DNA of 63,999 nucleotides, filler included, from Perkinsus olseni (taxonomy: Eukaryota): assembly GCA_013115125.1 (NCBI GenBank). It is 31 parts of 31 records of this genome, joined end to end, with 100 filler letters (N's around TTAATTAATTAA, not from the genome) between each part and the next. Parts side by side here need not be neighbours in the genome. Positions count along the whole stretch, not along the records: positions 1 to 2,032 come from JABANN010001666.1; positions 2,133 to 4,161 come from JABANN010001667.1; positions 4,262 to 6,288 come from JABANN010001668.1; positions 6,389 to 8,405 come from JABANN010001669.1; positions 8,506 to 10,520 come from JABANN010001670.1; positions 10,621 to 12,632 come from JABANN010001671.1; positions 12,733 to 14,743 come from JABANN010001672.1; 24 more parts are not named here. One strand, given 5' to 3'. Under the pieces are notes generated by a model. That model did not search any database. It was not told where the DNA came from and saw only the letters and a program-made list of their open reading frames with translations. Every line of letters starts with the position of its first letter. Positions within the stretch are counted from its first letter, which is position 1. The position numbers and the translations under genes are program-made. Of the stretch, positions 1 through 12,907 are shown piece after piece.

Positions 1-2031
1 CCCAGACGCTGAGACTTTACCCGATGACAAGGCGGCATTAGCTGTACGGTTATCACCGAACAAGCAAATGCTGGAGAACTTCTTACCAGTGTCGAGCTCG
101 TAGTTGACTATGACACTGAGTGAGTAGTAGGCTGTAGTAGCTTCCTTGATGTTGATATGGAGTGAGCGTTCCTTCCGAGACCACTTCCATTGGTGACGGA
201 GAACCTCCTTGCCGTCCTGGAGAGCTACCATAGCGCCAAGTGTCTCCGAAGCATCAAAGTACACATATAGCGGTTGATCAACGGAGATGTGCTTGTACAG
301 AGGAGAAGGGGGTGTATCTCTCAGTAGTTGTTGCCAACGTCGGAGTAATGATAGAAGTCTTGGATCCTGAATGGCTGACTTCCATTTGGCCTCGTTGAGA
401 GCACGAACTCGAGATACCAGAGCGGTGAGGGCATTCTTGCAAGCAAGTATATGCCACGGCAACAGATCCCATGCCTGAGTGATGAAACCGAGTAGGCTCA
501 GTGCAGAGCCGTAGGTCAGGGCATTGTTAGTATCAAAGTGGATAGTCTTGGCGTACTTGTCATCAGGAAAGTGGAGGTAGTCCCCATCGCCGGATAACTG
601 TGAACCGAGTACAGTACGACCGTTGGAGTCAGGGCCGTGCAAAGGCTCGGATGTGAGGATCATGTTGTAGTTGGCAAAGTGGTTGGTTATGATAGAGGTG
701 CCCTTGTTATCATCACTGACAGACAGACTGGTTAACTGTTGTATGTCATCCATGTAGCTGGTGAGATCATCGGCGAAGTCAGGGTCGTTCAGGATATCCT
801 CTATCACACGTTGAACGCATAACTCCAGCACCGGTGGGTTAGTAGAGTGACCATCACACATAAAGACATATGTATAGTTGTGGCCATTGTAGATGACCTG
901 GCTGAGTAGTTGTGCATTGCCTCCCAGTCGAATGCTGCGGTATGCATCCTTGACATCATAACCTATGGCAAACTTTGTAGTACGGAACTTGTTGAGGAGA
1001 CGGTCTATCTTGACCTGACGGTCCTTGATAGGGAAAGACCGTTGGGCTTGCTGCAACAGCTGGTTGGCCTTCAGAGCTGGTACAATAGGGCGGCATCGTT
1101 TGCGGCCTCGGACAGGATACCAATTTGAGTAGAGGTTGTTCTTGTCGGAGTCCGGTGTTGGGATAAGTTTATTGCTGGCAATCAGGTCATCCAGGCGTTG
1201 CTCAGCATCTTGACGATCTTCCCTAGTAGCAGTGATGAGTTTGTAGTGACTGGTCGAGACCGGCTTGGGCTGGTTCTTCAAGACGATGTGAAGAAGTTGG
1301 TCACTGTAGTCGACATAGAAGGTCTTCTGATTAGTGTTATCTGACAAGACGCCAACAGTGCACCACTCATTCTGATAAACAGTCTCAACATGAGTGTGGC
1401 CTTGGGGTATTGCAGAGAAGCTCGGCGTCGAAGTAGTCAGTGGAGACAAGTCGTAAGGGTCCTTAGATTTCTTGGACTTGGTGACAGGCCGGACTGTATT
1501 GGTCTTCAGCTCATCATGGAGTTCTGAAGTTCCATGCGACAGTTCTTCAGTAGTGGTTGGAGTTGAAGGAGAACCACGAGTTGTAGATGGTGTGGGAGAT
1601 GAAGGAGAAGCTTGCTGGTTACAACCATCAGTAGTGGACGGGGTCACCGTTAACGTCGAAGCAGCAGTGGGATGAGACGAAGCCTCACCGAGGGAGTTGA
1701 TGTCGTAGAGGAATGGAGTGACCTGTACCTTGCGAGCACCTAGGTCCAGACACAGGCCTTGAGGTTCGAAGGTAAGGGCATCCATGCCAAGAAGGCCTTC
1801 CGAGTGTAGGAGCAAACCATCGCCGACGATAGCGGGTTGCCACTTGAAGGTGTAGTGGTCCTTACTATCAGAGATGGGCAGGTCGATCTGGAGCTCGTAG
1901 TCAGAATTGAACGACTGAGATTGAGTAGCAGTGTCAAAGACGGACTTGGCAGGAATGACCTTGGCATTCGGAATGTTGGAGAGTAAATGGCCTGCGAGTC
2001 TCCAGCTGATAATCGATAGTGAGCATCCAGT
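1..2031 (-). mobile_element. pol: Retrotransposon pol fragment: aspartic protease - RT - RNase H in one uninterrupted frame (missed by the ORF track because it runs off both ends)
   Basis: Manual translation of frame 2031->1 shows no stop in 677 codons. Motifs: (D)TGCSLSII...LLGMD protease; RCRPIV, YDVKDAY, YMDD at 756-745 and VLG in RT; YFDAS, HINIKE, GDN in RNase H. Confidence 0.93.
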
Positions 2032-2032
2032 G

Positions 2033-2132
2033 NNNNNNNNNNNNNNNNNNNNNNNNNNNNNNNNNNNNNNNNNNNNTTAATTAATTAANNNNNNNNNNNN
2101 NNNNNNNNNNNNNNNNNNNNNNNNNNNNNNNN
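2033..2132. other. Artificial contig linker N44-TTAATTAATTAA-N44 (first of 30 copies, recurring every ~2.0-2.1 kb)
   Basis: Identical 100-nt spacer throughout the window. Insert lengths decline from ~2030 to ~1920 nt. Confidence 0.99.
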
Positions 2133-4108
2133 AGTAAGAATGCTATCCTCGGTGTCCGCAGTATGTGTGACTGCGGAGTCACGTTGAGTTTTGGCGTGAA
2201 CAGTGACTCTGAGCGATCTGTAAGAGGTGAGTTGAGGCAGCTGACTACTTCCTCCGGCCCGCAGGCCGATCCTGTTAACGCTGCGGACGAGTATATTGAT
2301 GATGGGCTCAGTGGCCTCTACCAAGTTGAAGATGGCGACGACGCGAACTCCGTGCTCAGCCAGATAGCTGATACTCCTGGTTTCGTGGTGTCCGGTGGTG
2401 TCCTTAATCATCCGTCTCGAGAGGGTCAGTCGGTTAGCATCGACACTAATGGTTGGCTTCCTGTTAAGGGTGCCGAAGACTATCGATGGCGAATGAGGCG
2501 CCTCCTACCAACTGAGGAGAAAGACGTCCCATCTACTGTGCAGAAGTGGATCTTCCTCTCAAGCCGATCGATGATAAAGCATCTTCCAGGCCGAGAAGAG
2601 ACTATACTGGACGACTGTTTTCAAGGCTGTCGCCGAGTGAGTTAGCTGCATTCCAGGAGGAGCTCAAACGTTACTTGACGAAGGGATGGTGGTGGAGCTC
2701 TAAAGGTGAGGAGGGGGAAGGTCCATCACTTTTGGTCTTTCCTCTCCCCAGTCCTGGCCGGAGTACTCGATGTAGGCCCATCATCGACGCCAGAGACTAC
2801 AATCGGTTGCTCCCAAGGTGCAGCTATGACGGACTAACAATCACTCAGATTTTGAATGACCTGAGATTGCGGTGGAGACCATCTGGGAGGCTTATTACGT
2901 TGGATTGTGCTCAAGCCTTCTATCGCATCCATATAAAAAGACCGGTGAGTTTAAAAGCCAATAACCGGTGCTATCGAAGTATGCGATTGGTCTGCGGCCT
3001 AGGGATAGGCCCATCTGGCCTATACACTGTGTTGCTGCACCTTATGAGCGTTGCTTATTCTCAGCTGAGTGCCGAGGATAGAGGTCTGCTGGAGACGGCG
3101 AGCTTCTATGTTTACCTTGACGACATCACCATCTATGCCCCGAGACGTGCTACTAGTGCTGTTGATCGGTTTGTACACGAGATGGAGAAGGTTTTTCTAT
3201 CTGCGGGTTTCGAGTTGCCTTTATCGAAGCGACACGATTCTGATAGGGATCCTGAGTTCAAGCATCTTGGCTTGGACTGGAGCTTTCGTCAGGGGAATCT
3301 CGTGCTTTCGTGTAGGAAGTCGACTCCTTCCGGTCTCAGATTGTCTGACGGGTCCTTTAATATGCGATGGTCCGCACGGCTACTCCTCGGTATAGCTGGT
3401 TGTGGTGGCACTGGGGTTGACCCTTGCCGACTGGACTGTGATGCTCGTCTGGCTGGCGATCTTCTAAGGTCGATTGTCGGGAAGGCATCGAAACATGGTA
3501 TGGACAATAAGGTCTGCCTTGATGATGATGTGGCCAAAAGTAAGATCCTCTCATCGTGCTTTACTACCCCCGAGAGCTACTCTGTTCAACGCTGTGAGCA
3601 TTGGTGTTATGGTGGTTCGCGTCTGGAATGTTTCGGCGATGCGTCTCCAGTGGGTTATGGTTGGTGTATAGAGGTCCCTAGTGGGACCGACACGTTATCC
3701 CGATGGAGTCTCGCTGAACATTCCGACGTGTGGTGGGGGGCGAAGGCGTCTTACCACATCAATAGGAAGGAGTTGATGGCCATTTCGTCGGCCATACTCT
3801 ACCTTCATGGAATGTTCTGTGGTCATAGAACCATTAGCCCTCCTGTGTCATCTATTACTATCTACGCTGACTCCCAGACCGCACTTCGGTGGTTGGAAAA
3901 GCGTATAGATGCTAAGTCCATCGAGAAGGTTGCCGTCCAGAGGTTGGTCTGCTGTATTAATGAGCTGGTATCCGACATTCGTGCCTGTGGTATAATGGTG
4001 ACTTATAGTAAGGTCGAGGGTGCTCTAAATCCGGCTGATCGGCTCAGCAGGCTTATAGAGCATTGGGGCCTCACTACTGCCTTGGGTCTTGTCAGAGCTA
4101 ATCAATGA
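2133..4108 (+). mobile_element. pol: Retrotransposon pol fragment (RT-RNase H), with an apparent frameshift near 2545-2555
   Basis: ORF 2546-4108: RCRPIIDAR, LDCAQAFY, YLDD (3113-3124), KHLG, FGDAS, HINRKEL, ADSQ, NPADRLSR. Upstream ORF 2163-2645 is in another frame. Confidence 0.92.
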
Positions 4109-5865
4109 TCAGCACTGTGTTATGGATGATCTTTCGTGGGCATCGCTTGTAGGACGGTGGTNNNNNNNNNNNNNNNNNNNNNNNNNNNNNNNNNNNNNNN
4201 NNNNNTTAATTAATTAANNNNNNNNNNNNNNNNNNNNNNNNNNNNNNNNNNNNNNNNNNNNTTAAAGAGAGTGGCGATCTTCTTCGCCGGAGAAGAATCG
4301 AAATCATCGAGATGCATCTTACGGGCCTGCAGGAAAGCACTCTCTTGAGATGTTCCACATGTACCCATTATCTCACCGAAAAAGAAGCTCCAGTCGATGG
4401 AGTCGCATTACGGCCTCTGGAAGCACACAGCTCTGGGGTCGCCGCGGTATCATTGGCGTAGCCGGCTTCTCCGCGAACAGTTACGAATAATGCGACATGT
4501 GCCATTTGTCTGCCGCATCGGCTCCTCCTGCAATTGTTAGAGCGTCATGAAGGGAGTGCTCGGTGAGAAGGCGAAGGTCTCCAAAGAAATTCTCGTTGGT
4601 AGTCTGGATCTCTGCCTGGCCGCCTAGCCTAGGCCAGGCTTCAACCACGAACGCCACCACATCAGAATGATAGATATTGCTGACATCCTTGACGTCCAGT
4701 CTTCTCCTTTACCTCTCCCCGCCGTAGAACAATTTCAAGATTAGCATTGATCAGTGCCGGCTGGCAGTGCCAGTTTTTGTAGAAATCATGTTGGTAGTGA
4801 TAACGGTCTCAGGTCCTGTCTTAGGACTGTAGTTACGCTATCCATCGAGCAGGAGACACCCAACCACCCATCATTCCCACACTTCGGGAGTGCCGCACTG
4901 GCCGGAATAGAGCGTCAATCTGATCCCGGTGAAAGCATGTATGATAACCTATGCTCTACATGAGAACACATTTCAACAGTGCCATCAAGCTTAGATGTCA
5001 ACATAAAATCGAGTGTCGCATGTATCATTCTCACTCTCAATCGTCATACCATGAGCCGAGACGGCGAAAACTTCACCCTCTAGCTTGTGGCGACTCGCGT
5101 CGTACTACTCACTGTACCTACTGCATCATTAAACGCGCTCTTACAAAAATCACATGGCTACACTGCAGCTTCTAGACCAGCGTGTCCATCACCGAGCTCA
5201 CCGATCCGGCAATGACGGGTCAAAAACCCGCGTTGGTCATGAAGTAACGCGAGAATCCACTCAAGAAGTGCGAACCTGCGAGTCTTGCGATGATCAAGGG
5301 CGAGCAGCGAAAGGCATAGCACGCAACAGGAAAGAAGAGTTCGAGACCACCAGCGCTATACTCAACTAGCGAGAAGAGAATCCTTACGTTGATCCTCTTT
5401 CATTATACGCTGCATCTTCTGCAACTTCTAGCTTCAAGCGCTCCATATAGACTGACTTCACCTGACCAATGTCGGTCACGTAACCGGAGGATTCGGAATC
5501 GATCGGACACGGGAGCCAAGTCGCAGCATGGGCAGCGACGAAGACGATCTGAGTCTCCGTCAATCGTTGATTAATGGACAATGCTGAAATCTGAAACGTT
5601 AAAATCGAAAATATCAAAGTTCAAAATTTTATAAAATAGATAACTTATGGAATCGCAGGGATTTTCAAATTCTACACTATTCACGTTCTTTTAAAGAACG
5701 CAAATGCTGTGCAACTAGGAAATTTCCACCTCAAAATTTAAAGCAAGTAAAACAAGTTCATTCTCGACATACGTATCAGTAGACCTCAAAATTTGCAATT
5801 CGAATTCAATTCGTGGAAATTGATGCGCAGCGCATGAAAGCTTAAACCAGGTTCACGGATGTCTC

Positions 5866-6222
5866 AAGAAGATTTTTCTCACTACCGACTTCCGTTGGGT
5901 CCCATGCGAAGGAACGGTTCGACTTCACTGCCACGTACACATGTTGAGAGCGGTTAGAGCGTACCTAAGGAGACTGGTAAGGGATCAAGCAGAAGATGAA
6001 GCCCACGAAAAGATCGAGCGCTTCCTCGCTGACATCCGACTCCTGCAAGTTTTCCGGTCGCACGTCATGTTCGCGGTGGCAGCTAAGCTTCTCTACTCTC
6101 GTTGGGAAGCAGAGTGGGAAGAGGCAGCAAGATACTTCGCTCGGACCTGGCTGCACAAGAAATTGCGCTTGCTTCCAACTGTAAGCGGAAGTTGCGGAGC
6201 GGTGCTTCGCTCCGCTCCGTGA
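5866..6222 (+). mobile_element. Mutator/MULE-like transposase fragment
   Basis: In-frame RLHCHVHMLRAV (CxxH, 5929-5940), followed by a helical region and YFARTWL, the typical post-CxxH MULE pattern. Confidence 0.55.
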
Positions 6223-6547
6223 AGCAGAATCCCTATGTCAGCTTGTCCCATTTAGGCCTTCATCCTTGTGACAATTCCCGCAGATCTTNNNNNNNNNNNN
6301 NNNNNNNNNNNNNNNNNNNNNNNNNNNNNNNNTTAATTAATTAANNNNNNNNNNNNNNNNNNNNNNNNNNNNNNNNNNNNNNNNNNNNATCCACTTTCGA
6401 GCCTTCGATGGCGTATACGCCGCCAATCGCCTCGAAGATGATGATCAAGACGCCTGAGCTACGCGAATCTTATAATTTGTAATGAGAAAGCTTCGACTTC
6501 CAACCCAACACGTAATGCCAAAGCTGATAGAAGTAATTTCCCCTCAT

Positions 6548-6778
6548 TCAGGATTCAAAATCTCCTTCACGGAAGTGCAATAAATAAAACAAGCGCAACT
6601 TTCTAGAAAGATATCTTCCCGCCATAATCACCACCAATGTTACAACAACCACACCCAAAAGACGGGTGAAGTACGAACGATGATGACCGGCAGCAGCGGC
6701 TCTGCGTGATGGGCTGAGCTCTCCAATATCAGACATGCTAGACAATCTCCTCCTCACAGTCTCTGCGTTGCGCTCCAT
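6548..6778 (-). CDS. 5' exon of a hypothetical type II membrane protein
   Basis: MERNAETVRRR...LLGVVVVTLVVIMAG single TM, with a pyrimidine tract + AG acceptor-like sequence upstream. Confidence 0.35.
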   Translation of the reverse strand: MERNAETVRRRLSSMSDIGELSPSRRAAAAGHHRSYFTRLLGVVVVTLVVIMAGRYLSRKLRLFYLLHFREGDFES

Positions 6779-7040
6779 CGCATCCTCGCAGCTCACCAGC
6801 GGTGGTAGCGTGTTGGTGGTCTGTATGAAAAGTAAACCGTTAATGAAAGGCTTTGCAGATCCTCACTTCTTCCCGGGCACCATCTTGCGTTTTCTAATAC
6901 CCCGCACGGACGTCATTAACAATACTAGCTGTATGATGATAGTCGGCATCCCATCAGTAGTCGACTATCTCTCCGACTTAACACAATCGATCAATCCACA
7001 TCACATCATAATAAATACATCATGAACATCATCATCATCA

Positions 7041-7466
7041 TCATCCTACACGCTCTAATTTCACCCTCTCCCCACCAATGAAGATCTCCACTCCCGACCC
7101 GGAAGGTGAGAAGATATTCACCAACTTTGGGCTCGCGGTGAATTTGTAGCTGGCCATTCTCGAGGCCCAGTCAAACACCTCCATGTCACTTATGGTGTAG
7201 TTGTTCATTACGGAGAATTCCTCTCCCTCGGCGACGATTCTCTCCATCCTCATCCAACCAGTAGACTTGCTCTCCCCGGACGCGAGTATCGTGAACTCAA
7301 ATTTGGCTGAGAAATCTTGGGAGATCTCGAGGTTAATGCCGATGGTCGAATTCCAGTGTCCCGAATATTTCTCAACCAGTTCGGGTTCGGGTTTCAATTG
7401 CAGTTCATTACCAACCGTAGAAGCTCCGACAACAGCGAGCAACTCGATCACCGAAATCAACTTCAT
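7041..7466 (-). CDS. Small secreted hypothetical protein (~141 aa)
   Basis: ATG at 7466, MKLISVIELLAVVGAS signal-peptide-like N-terminus, intact ORF. Confidence 0.65.
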   Translation of the reverse strand: MKLISVIELLAVVGASTVGNELQLKPEPELVEKYSGHWNSTIGINLEISQDFSAKFEFTILASGESKSTGWMRMERIVAEGEEFSVMNNYTISDMEVFDWASRMASYKFTASPKLVNIFSPSGSGVEIFIGGERVKLERVG

Positions 7467-10260
7467 AGTTTGAGAGACGGGAAACCCGGCAGTACCAGAC
7501 GCGCGGGCGAGCAATATTGCTCGCCCGTGGACAGCCCGCCCGCCTGCCCGAGCGATGGAGTTTCCTTGGCGGCATCGCTATGAGCCCGAATCGTCATGTG
7601 CACACGTCGTGCGGAGGACCTCTATCAAGTCATGAGGCGTAGTGGGGTAACCATTCGTGGTGAGCCAGTCCAAACCCAAGTTCACTTGTTACTATTGGAA
7701 GTCGGAGTCATCGTACGAATTGGAGTTATGAATCGATGAACCCTTTCCTGCCCAATTGCCGCTGTCCGGCACACAACGTGTGTCCCCAATGGAAGAAAGT
7801 CTATCGCCAAGCTCAGCCTGATGGGCTGCGTCTACTGAGTTCAATGCAACAAACTTCGAAAGGATTCTTCCCCTTCTGTCATATCCGGCGTAGTGTCAGC
7901 TCAATGACCAAATCCCTGCCACCGAAATGCCTCTCCCCCATTTTCGCTCTGTTTCTGTGAGCTCCAGGCCGTCAGATGAACCCTGTGAGTGATGAGAATG
8001 AAGACGAACTACCGTCGGTGACCATGAGGGTCGAATGCGAGTTGTGGTCGGCTGGTCAATAGCCCTGGTGATCTCACCTGGCCCTAACAGAAGAAAGACA
8101 GACGAGAACACACTCCCCAGCGAACTACTCCAGACATGGGAGCGAATGCAGGCCGCCGAAGAAGTTACTCCGAAAATCTATCAAGTACTGCCACCGTGCC
8201 ATTCTCGGACGTGTATTGCGAGGAAGCGCAGATCCCCTGTAGCTGAGCTCTTGGTGCAGGGGTGGGTTGTGTCGTAGTGTCCCCATAGCCCTGCCCTCCC
8301 AACGAAGGCATCGATGGAAGCTCTCCTCATACATCGTGCTGTAAATGGTGTACAATCGCCATGTCTCCAAGCACAAAGGGAGCTTCCGGCTGTCACGCCA
8401 ATAATNNNNNNNNNNNNNNNNNNNNNNNNNNNNNNNNNNNNNNNNNNNNTTAATTAATTAANNNNNNNNNNNNNNNNNNNNNNNNNNNNNNNNNNNNNNN
8501 NNNNNCATCATCATCATCATCACCTCTTGCAATAGGGCCTTGCCAGCGCTGCTCTGCTCCACCGACGTGCCCCTCAGGTTGTGGTGGCGTCTGTCGAGTT
8601 CGGGCTCGTGAAGGGAGATGATGACTGCGATTTTGTGGGCCTTCCAAGTCTGCGTGTGAAGGAGGACTGGAGGGGCCGGGGAGTCGGCTCTGAGCTGCTG
8701 AAGGCGCTCGTGGAATACGTAGGTCGATCTGACTACTGGAGAGACTCGCCCGTATGAGTTGGAGGGGCAAACTTTAAAGGCAGGCTAAGCAGTTTCTGAT
8801 AAGACAATTATCGCGAAGTTGCAGAAATTCCGTCGCGAAGAGCAGCAGCTTTAGACGAAAGTAAAACTATAAACTGTTGTGAGCTCACTATTCAGCCCCC
8901 TCCTGCTGATATGGAAGGGGGCTAGTACATCATATTCTTGTTGGAAATGTGGTAGTGTAACTCAACGTGGACTCGAAATGAACGCGATAGGGCGGGTGGA
9001 CTGAGTAGTGGAGGGGATTGAATTTGATACTGGGAGTACTATGAAGCTAGTGTACACTAAGTTCAGTTTTGTTATGTAGGCAATGCTCTAGGACAATGAC
9101 GGAGTGGTTCAGGTTCATGCCGTGGGATCTCCACAGATCCGGTTCGTGTGGATTTTCGAGAGGAGTAATGATCCCGTTGTTAGTGAGGCATGCTATGGAG
9201 CTGGTTTTGAAAGATATTGTGAGTGTAGTGGCTTTGAGTGCAACTGTTGGATGAATCTTTTCAGTTCTCGATGATGGTGTTATATACACTTATGATTACT
9301 CCGAGGACGATAAGCCTACAGGCGATAACAGCGCTTTGCCCGTCATACCCGATCCTAGACGCAACATCTAGTGTTGGCCTCATTGGGTGTATGTGACAAG
9401 GTGTATTACATGATGCTGATGTCAGCTGCTGCTGTTCACGATCGCTCACCTGCCAACTTGCGTTCTACGTCATCCATCCGAGTGCTTCGAAGCTCTGGGC
9501 TCATTCTGGAGGATGGTCTCTCTGCGGTCGAGTGGTAGTCGAGTATGATTGGGTTTCCTCCGCTGACCCGAAGTTGCTTCTTACGCGACTGATCCTCAAG
9601 GACCGGGATCTTCTCCACACTCAAACTGCTACTCGTGGTTTAAAAGACGAGTATCGTTCCATCATTCGAGGTCGTTGCCATCATCGGCGTCATCACCCTT
9701 GTTTTTGGCGTGTTCAACATCCCCAGGCTTGTCTCCGCCTCTGCTGCCAGGGCGGGCTCTCTCCTCAGTGGCCAGTGCACTTCTAGGACTCGTCAGAAAT
9801 CAACAACAGTCGAGCTCTGGTCGTGGTTTCTACAGGCCTACTGCCGCCGTCTGGAGGCCCCTACCGGTAACACTGGTTACCATTGCAAGTCGGGAGGAGG
9901 AGTGTTTGTGATTACGCGAACAACAGTCCTGTCTGTTGTCCGAGGCGTCACTCTAGTTGAGTCCTTCAAGCGTCGTCCTCCAAAAAACTGTCAGCGGGTG
10001 GTAGGGCATTCTAGTAGAATCGCCAAAGGCAGCGTGGACGGACCAGCGTGAGAAAAGCGACGGGCCTCGAACCGTGAAGTTTGGTTTCGGAATGATGGAC
10101 ATGATTTCGGGCCATCATGATGGAGATCCGCCTTCGCCAGAGCCGTACGCGAGTGATGCCATTTTGGCAAGCATGCGCCTTTCAGACAGGTGAGCGGTGT
10201 TGTGTTGCATAAGGATGGGGAGGAGTCATCCACCCTCCAGTTTACAGATTTCCGTTTCTA

Positions 10261-10520
10261 ATGTTTGCCGGCCTAGCAAGGCCTACCATATTTCGCCCAA
10301 CTCTAGCAAGGCTGGCCAGTGGGGTGCCGTCCTCCGTCCTCAGCGGGTCCTGTCTATCGCCCTACCCCACCCTCAGTAGGGTCCGCTTCCATAACACCCA
10401 AGCCTTCGTTACTCCCCTAAATGGTCCAATGAGTAAGGAGGATGCCGAGGCGGAAAAGGCGTGTACTAAAGTCACTTGGGTGGGGCTGGCCAGCAATGCC
10501 GGCCTCAGTGCCTTCAAGCT
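10261..10520 (+). CDS. Cation diffusion facilitator (CDF) metal transporter, N-terminus with mitochondrial-type presequence (partial)
   Basis: Arg/Ser/Leu-rich, acid-free N-terminus, then VTWVGLASNAGLSAFK, resembling CDF TM1. Confidence 0.6.
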
Positions 10521-10620
10521 NNNNNNNNNNNNNNNNNNNNNNNNNNNNNNNNNNNNNNNNNNNNTTAATTAATTAANNNNNNNNNNNNNNNNNNNNNNNN
10601 NNNNNNNNNNNNNNNNNNNN

Positions 10621-10996
10621 CATCAGTTTTATCATAGTATATATTATCAAAAGCACATGATCTATTCCGATGCCAACCAACACATTGTATTCTTGACCAT
10701 TCTACCCCGTCACCACCACGAGGGGATATATACTCGATAAATGATGGCCTACCACTCATACTGTCTGTTAGATTACCACCAGTTACCAAGGAGGTAGTAG
10801 TAGTAGAAGCTGTGGGCATTAATAGAGTCGTTTTATTCCAGACGGGGAAGTCGCCAGCATACATAAACCACAATTGTACCGCAACCATGCCGCCAACAAG
10901 CATGATTCGGAGTAGGAAGGACATCGCTCTCAGCAGAGGAGAATTATGAACATTGCGCCGCTCGGAAACAGAATCGACAATGGACGGCAATCCCAT
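10621..10996 (-). CDS. Type II membrane glycosyltransferase, GT61 (EOGT/POMGNT2)-like, N-terminal part
   Basis: TM anchor, Thr-rich stem, then SRIQCVGWHRNRSCAFDNIYY (C...RxCxFxNxxY pattern). Confidence 0.5.
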
Positions 10997-12907
10997 CGCC
11001 GGAGCAGCAGAAGGAAAAACTAAGAATAGGTGAACAATCGGCGGCTGAAACTAGACGGGAGATATCTCCAACACACAACAGACGCCAGAAGCTACTGACA
11101 ACCCAGGGTGGTGAACACAATACTTCCATCAAGATGGCACATCTAATGATGATGATGATAAGCATGCGAGAAGGGAGGTTCACAAAAGCCTCGGTTGCCG
11201 TGCGAAGATGGTCGCAATACCGCGAGGAAATCTGAGAAAGACTCCGAGAGCTGACTTCGCTTGCCGAGCATGATGATGACCTATGGCCTGCAGGGACCGG
11301 CATTAAACTGGGATCCCCAACTTCAGATACACCACTCCTCGGTAATCTACCATCAGCAGTAGAGAGGTTCAATGATAAAGACCCCTGTTTGGGTTGCGGC
11401 GCATTATCATTACTACTGCACGTGGTAACTACTGCGCTGGCTTCCTGAGAAAAGCCGGCGCTGGGGATCGAACCTGCGTGCAATGCTGCACCGAAATACC
11501 TTCCGTCGCCTATCAAACTCCTTCAACCATGCTTGCCGCTGCTTGGACTTCAGAAACGAGTCCGGGAAGAAACAATCGAGATACTTTGGTGCCGGTATAG
11601 TATCTTTAGGTCTGCTCCAACCCATGACTAACATACTCTCCTTCCAAGTGCGAACTAGCAAGCGTCATGTAGTACCTGTTTCTACCCTATTACTGGAATT
11701 GGGCGTTGCTTCATCCATCTCCTCAACAGGTTTTACTGTGCGGGAGTAGACGCACTTATCTAGGAGTTGAAGACTAGGTAACGAACGAGCAAGCTCTGGC
11801 TTGGCGTATTTCCTGACATAACGATGATGGGCATCGGACGATGAAGAACGACGATGCTCACATTCCCTTAACGATACTCAAAGGGGTTGGGGAGGGTTGA
11901 AGTAACTCCTGGGCTTTGGAAAGCCTCTGGGATGGATACTGAGAATATGACAGACTTATAAAACACTTGATAAAGTAATACCTCCTCGTTGTGTGGACTA
12001 GCAGTAGACGGATAATAAACACCATCGGTCGTATTGGCTGAGGAGGGGCCGATGGTTATCTGATCGCCGAGAGTAAGATGGCTGCGCGGACAGCTAGTCC
12101 GGAAAGAAACGATATTTTATCATCTGACAGATGGAAAGGAGGTGTGGGAGTGCATAAGGGATAGTCTAGTGGCGGTGACGGGCATGAGGGTACTCAGAAA
12201 CACCAATGGCATTGTGTGGGATAATCGTGGGAGTACTACATCTCTCCTTTTCCGCTCATGTACTGGTATGAAGGGCATGGCCAAACTTAAGGGTTGGAAC
12301 AAACTAGTACAACGAGTAGATGATGAGCTCCTGATAGAAGAGGGACAACGCAAGCAGTCCGACACAGCTGAGGAGAAAATAATGTGGCACTCCTGTGGGG
12401 ATAGTGAACAAAATGGATACTGGTATAAACGAGGAAACAGATCATTATCAGCCGGCAAGACTGGATCTACGGTCGTACTAAAGATGTATAGAAATGAGCA
12501 CAATTCAGCAAACACAAAGGTCTGCTTGTGTTGGTGGAGCATACGGGCAATCAGGGGGGTCCACTCCCAGGAGGAGGGCAAGACTCTCATCGTTGGTCAA
12601 CTCGCCGGTACTACCAGCTTTCTGCCTTCTTCNNNNNNNNNNNNNNNNNNNNNNNNNNNNNNNNNNNNNNNNNNNNTTAATTAATTAANNNNNNNNNNNN
12701 NNNNNNNNNNNNNNNNNNNNNNNNNNNNNNNNGGGCAGACTACTAGCCATAGCTTAGCCAAGGGATACGGAGGCACACAAATAGGGACACGAGTATCCGA
12801 CACGCTGCCGATTGAGCACGTATGAGACCACCATCACTCACTACACTCGATGTGCTGATAACAATAACATGAGCATCATCATCATCACAGGCTACAGGCT
12901 CCCATAG

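Noticed and set aside
12550-12560. Frameshifts in homopolymer runs (also near 39600) as programmed recoding
   Set aside because: Single-base indels in G/C runs of small contigs are more simply sequencing errors.
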